A DNA stretch of 64,000 bases from Marinicella sp. Its GTDB lineage: Bacteria; Pseudomonadota; Gammaproteobacteria; Xanthomonadales; Marinicellaceae. The stretch is taken from positions 960,001 to 1,024,000 of the forward strand of contig OZ246001.1 in the NCBI GenBank assembly GCA_965230295.1. Direction: 5' to 3'. Position numbers and translations under genes: made by a program. Shown piece by piece: positions 59,622-64,000 of this stretch (position 1 is the stretch's first letter; each line of letters begins with the position of its first letter). The notes beneath the pieces were generated by a model. It searched no databases. It saw nothing but the letters and a program-made list of their open reading frames with translations, and was not told the DNA's origin.

Positions 59622-62600
59622 TCAAAACCCGTCACGAAAGATCAGATCATTACCAACCTCACAAACCACCATGACATCGGTGATGTCTTGGTTGCTGATG
59701 GTGCCACTTTCATTGCTGACCACACAGGGTTGGATGGGGTTGTTCGGTTGATCCAATACGGTCACGTCATAATCATCACCAACAGCTACCGGAGAGGAAA
59801 ACACAAAAGCACCATTGTCCATGAGGTTCAAGTCATCACCAGCGTTGTTCTGTAAGGTGATTTCATTGCCAAACAGAAGTCCCGTTAACTGACCACCCAC
59901 CAGGTATTCGGTCTGAAATTCAAAAGGACCGATATCCACATCCATGCCCAGTTCACGAGTCATGCCAGCCAAGTCCAGAGGAATGCGTTCGGTCAAATCT
60001 GCATCACCATCGACATCAAAATCATCAGCAGGTAAATGATTAATATCGCCTGCATCGATCAAGGGCGAACCAAGCTGTAAGTTATAATCACCATTCATTT
60101 CATCACTGAACAGGGGATCAAATCCAGGATCTGAAGCATCCAATCCATTTTCAGCGGTCAGGTCCACACTTTTGATGAGGCTGTGACTGGTGGTCAACAC
60201 ATTCGCCGAGAATTCACTGGGCACAAAATTCACACCTCCATCATTGCTTATGAGGTTATCCCATAACAGGCTGTTTTGCATGTTAATATCTGTCGCAGCC
60301 ACACCGCCACCAGAAGATGAGGATGAGAAAGACAAAGCTGTATTGTTAACAACCGCACTGTTGATCAAATGAACAGATCCATTGTTGTTTCTCACACCAC
60401 CGCCTGATGCGCCGGATGATGAAAGTGAATCAGTAGCCGCTTGATTGGCATAAATCAAGCTATTGACCACATAGATCACGCCATCATTACTAAACAGCCC
60501 ACCTCCTTCTGCAATAAAGGATTCTGACCTGCTGCGGTTGTTATTAACTGTACTGTTAACCAAGGTGATGTCTCCGCTTGAAGTGACGATACCACCTCCG
60601 TTGGCGAAACTCGTTGACGCAAGGACTTCATTACCACTGAGTGTGGATTCAACCAAGGTGACGTTGCCGCTTACAGAATAAATACCACCCGATGCATTAC
60701 TTGACCCAAACACTGTGTTGTCAATGACTTGACTGTTGGCCACCATGATGTGCCCAGTTTGCGTATAGATCGCGCCACCAAATGCATCACCAGCATTGTT
60801 GGATGCGTTGTTGTCTCGTATGATCACCCGAAGCAGCCTTAAATCCCCAGTGGTCCGAATCCCGCCACCCTCACCATCTGAAAAATCGAAACCGTTTTGT
60901 AAAGTCAAACCTTCCAGATAAAGATTGTCCGCTGCATGTGTGGCGTTAATCACCCGTTGTCTGTTGGCCGTGATGCTCTCAAAAGCATCGATGATGGTGG
61001 GGTGGTTATCAATGTTTTGTGTGCCACCACCAGCTGGAAAACCGCCACGGATATTCAGTGGTTCATTAATCGTGATCTCATCGGTGATCATATAGCTGCC
61101 CTCTGCAACCAATATCGCACCATCAGACAAAGACACATCCACTGCGGGTTGGATGCTGTTAAAAGCATTGGGCCAATCGCAACCGGTTTGTGTGCCCGAT
61201 GCGGATAGATCCACATAAACAGTACTGTCAAATGGCGCTCCATTGCCCCATGACTTGGTTTCGGAGTCAGTGACGTCCACCTGCCATCCAAACAAAGTAT
61301 CGGTCTTGGTGATTTGGTAAGTATTGCCACAACGGTAGGTGTGGCTGGCATCGGGTCCAGCCAAAACCGTACCGTCACCCATGTCATATTCATGAGACTG
61401 GTCGATGGCATTTAAGAATGCCACCTGATTGTACATGCGGTCTGAAAGTATGGGACTGCTGTTGTTGGTCAAACTGACCATATGGCTGCCATCGTCCTGG
61501 GCTGGCGTCATGATGAAATCCGTGATCAAATCATAACTGACCAACGGCTCAAAGAGCGCATCCGCATCCAATGGCATACCACCAATGCTCACGTCAGAGC
61601 CGCGTAACCAGTTACCAGAAATATTGGCACCCGCCAGGAATTCGCCCCCGCCATCCGGCGGTATCGCCGTGTAATCATTGAGCACAAGACTCACATCGGT
61701 GGCACTGGGATTGACCACCACAATGACATAGGGCTGACTGACGGTGATCGAGGAGCTAAACACACCAGTCACTCGAATCTCATCCAACGTTCCACCACCC
61801 AAACCATGGGCCACGGACAGATTGGTTGTGGCCAATGGCGTGCCAGTAGGTAAAAATTCAGTATCCGCCAAATACAGTGACAGCTGCAAATTAACCGGTG
61901 GTCCTGCGGGTGCCGTTTTGAAGGCATAAAACTCCGCACCATACACTGTGATTGGTTGAGGCGCATTGAAGTACTGACTGATGGCTTCGGCCGAAGTGGC
62001 GTTGTTGATGATAAGGCTTTGCAAACCAGTGGCTTTGGCCAATGTATATTGCACCTGCTCGCATGTGCCTACCTGGGTGATGCTGACCGCATTACTGACA
62101 ACTGCACCCACACCACCATCCATGCCTGTAGTCCACAATGCGTCATTGATGATGCCGTGGTTGTTATTGGCTACATCAGTCAACACAGTCCCTGCCCCTT
62201 CATAAAAAGCATGGTAAGCCACCAAACCGGATTCTTGGCCCGTGAACAGATTGGCCTGGCCAGTACGCAACAAGTCATCCACTTCTGTTTGCGTGGATGG
62301 CGCTGTGTTCCAGATCCGCAGGGCCGCGATTTGGCCATCAAAAAATTCCGTGGCACCCGAATTTGACCCGATGTGGCCGTTGGAAGGGCTGGTTGCTGTT
62401 TGCATAGCACCATTGCTGGCTTTGTTGCCAAGTTCAACCCCATTGCGGTACAAACGCATGGCATTGGTTGGGTCATCAAACGTCGCCACGATGTGCACCC
62501 ATTGGCCATTGTAATCAGCGGCATTGATTGGCACATCCAGTTCCGTGTACCCGTCATCAGACGTTTCGATGCCAAAGGAGAGGATGGTGCCATTGTCTTG

Positions 62601-63659
62601 GAAGCCCAACAACATTCGATCAGAACCATTGTTTTCTTTGCGGAAAATCTCCTGAAAACCCACCGTGATGTCATCTGGCTGAATCCAGGCCTCGATGGTT
62701 AAACCATCAGAAAAATTAAAATCATTGCTGTGGGGAATCACCACATCATCATCCACCCCGTCAAAATCCAAAGCAAAACCGGGGTTGGCCGCGAATACAT
62801 GAAAATCCGCGGTTTCTCCGATCACACCGGTTTGAAACCCCAAGGCACTGCCCGTGCCGGTCACCGGACCGTCAACCACTGACAAATCGCCATCATTGCG
62901 TAGATAATAATCAAATCCCACCTCAGAACCCAGTAAGGCCAAGGCATTGTCTTGGGGGCAGGTGAGCGTGGCTTCACCCGTAAGTACCTGCATGGCAGGC
63001 ACCGGCACCGGAACCAACGGCTCAACTGAAATCTGTTGTGTGTTGGTCCCAGAACAACTTCCGTTACTTGTATCAAGCGTGACGGTATAATCTCCGGGGT
63101 CGGTGTATGTATGACTGGGGGATTGTGCGTTTGATGTGTTGCCATCTCCGAAGTCCCAGGACCATGCATTCATCAAAGGCATGGTGGTGTCTGTGAAATT
63201 CACCTGGGCACCCACAGCAACGGTAGTGGCCGAAACAGCAAAGTCCGTGTTGACCACGGTAACCGTTGTGTTCAATAGATCAATCAGATCATTGTCCCCT
63301 GGGACTTGTGGGTTGATTCTCACCACCACCGCATACGCCTGACCGAAATTTAAATTGGCAAGTTCAGAGAATGTATATGATTCTGTGTTGCCCGTGGTAT
63401 TCAGGGTGGTGGGGATAAAAACTTCTGGGAAGGAGAAATTTGCCCCACCATCGATTGAAAACTCCAAAGTGACTGGCAAGCCATTGAGATTGGTCACTCC
63501 GTTGTTAATCAGTTGAACAGTCACTGATTGTGGGCCAACATCGGACACACAACTGGCAGGGGCCAAAATTTGATTGATGTCGATGTCTTGTTGTGCACTG
63601 ACGATATCGGCAATCAAAACCATTGCCAACATCATGATGTTTTGTGTTATTTGTTTCAT
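59622..63659 (-). CDS. Large secreted protein: PKD, LamG-like jellyroll, beta-helix/choice-of-anchor-Q-like region
   Basis: Signal peptide from MKQITQN, WSWDFGDG (PKD), ALDFDGVDD/WVHIVATFD (LamG), GGG/N-rich beta-helix, SPLIDAG..DIGPFE. Ends DLIFRDGF. Confidence 0.85.
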   Translation of the reverse strand: MKQITQNIMMLAMVLIADIVSAQQDIDINQILAPASCVSDVGPQSVTVQLINNGVTNLNGLPVTLEFSIDGGANFSFPEVFIPTTLNTTGNTESYTFSELANLNFGQAYAVVVRINPQVPGDNDLIDLLNTTVTVVNTDFAVSATTVAVGAQVNFTDTTMPLMNAWSWDFGDGNTSNAQSPSHTYTDPGDYTVTLDTSNGSCSGTNTQQISVEPLVPVPVPAMQVLTGEATLTCPQDNALALLGSEVGFDYYLRNDGDLSVVDGPVTGTGSALGFQTGVIGETADFHVFAANPGFALDFDGVDDDVVIPHSNDFNFSDGLTIEAWIQPDDITVGFQEIFRKENNGSDRMLLGFQDNGTILSFGIETSDDGYTELDVPINAADYNGQWVHIVATFDDPTNAMRLYRNGVELGNKASNGAMQTATSPSNGHIGSNSGATEFFDGQIAALRIWNTAPSTQTEVDDLLRTGQANLFTGQESGLVAYHAFYEGAGTVLTDVANNNHGIINDALWTTGMDGGVGAVVSNAVSITQVGTCEQVQYTLAKATGLQSLIINNATSAEAISQYFNAPQPITVYGAEFYAFKTAPAGPPVNLQLSLYLADTEFLPTGTPLATTNLSVAHGLGGGTLDEIRVTGVFSSSITVSQPYVIVVVNPSATDVSLVLNDYTAIPPDGGGEFLAGANISGNWLRGSDVSIGGMPLDADALFEPLVSYDLITDFIMTPAQDDGSHMVSLTNNSSPILSDRMYNQVAFLNAIDQSHEYDMGDGTVLAGPDASHTYRCGNTYQITKTDTLFGWQVDVTDSETKSWGNGAPFDSTVYVDLSASGTQTGCDWPNAFNSIQPAVDVSLSDGAILVAEGSYMITDEITINEPLNIRGGFPAGGGTQNIDNHPTIIDAFESITANRQRVINATHAADNLYLEGLTLQNGFDFSDGEGGGIRTTGDLRLLRVIIRDNNASNNAGDAFGGAIYTQTGHIMVANSQVIDNTVFGSSNASGGIYSVSGNVTLVESTLSGNEVLASTSFANGGGIVTSSGDITLVNSTVNNNRSRSESFIAEGGGLFSNDGVIYVVNSLIYANQAATDSLSSSGASGGGVRNNNGSVHLINSAVVNNTALSFSSSSSGGGVAATDINMQNSLLWDNLISNDGGVNFVPSEFSANVLTTSHSLIKSVDLTAENGLDASDPGFDPLFSDEMNGDYNLQLGSPLIDAGDINHLPADDFDVDGDADLTERIPLDLAGMTRELGMDVDIGPFEFQTEYLVGGQLTGLLFGNEITLQNNAGDDLNLMDNGAFVFSSPVAVGDDYDVTVLDQPNNPIQPCVVSNESGTISNQDITDVMVVCEVGNDLIFRDGF

Positions 63660-64000
63660 AAGTAAACCAGGATCACTCACATGGCTGCCACTCATTTCAC
63701 CTTCTCTTTGAAATGATGTGAGCGTTAATTGATCGACCTGTCTTGACTGCCTTCGATCGACACCAAATACCCCAATACCTTCCAGCATGACGTGATTTCT
63801 GCACAATCACAGGCATGGACCAAAGAACAATTCAAGACCACCCTCTCATATATTCTAAAACATGCACCCATCCCTTGCGACCATTAAATGGGTAATGTGC
63901 CGGTTGTTGGGGTGTTTTGATTGTTGGTATGGTTGCCATTGATTGAAATTCCCCAATTAGAGAAAATCTCATTCAGCGGCTGAATGTATAAAGCGTGCCG

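Overview
This is a gammaproteobacterial chromosome segment. The gene order and style suggest a marine Marinicella-like lineage, which is inference only. The housekeeping backbone is rppH, gatCAB and mreBCD-mrdA-rodA-mltB-rlpA-dacA-ybeD-lipB-lipA. A decayed Tn7-like element begins exactly at the lipA stop codon (20651-24875). It has TGT...ACA ends, arrayed TnsB-type sites, a 5-bp TCTAA target duplication and a truncated tnsA. Its cargo is an amber-interrupted metalloprotease, an IPTL-CTERM-like protein and a HEPN-motif ORF. A second related transposon end follows immediately at 24881, so the same lipA site appears to have been hit twice. Further right are a TetR-regulated AhpD/YHS/DoxX module, a 2OG-Fe(II) hydroxylase-TIGR03032 fusion facing a giant Gly-rich surface protein, and a DUF1800/DUF1501 operon. 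Next come a purine catabolism operon (puuD, alc, uraD, uraH, an aldolase/lyase-like orphan, xdhABC) whose allantoinase seems collapsed to a 36-codon remnant, a TPP-riboswitch thiamine uptake operon and tRNA-Leu(CAG). Four unrelated secreted proteins share a terminal D-x-I-F-x-x-(G/D)-F motif, a candidate sorting signal. Several families of palindromic intergenic repeats or MITEs are also present.
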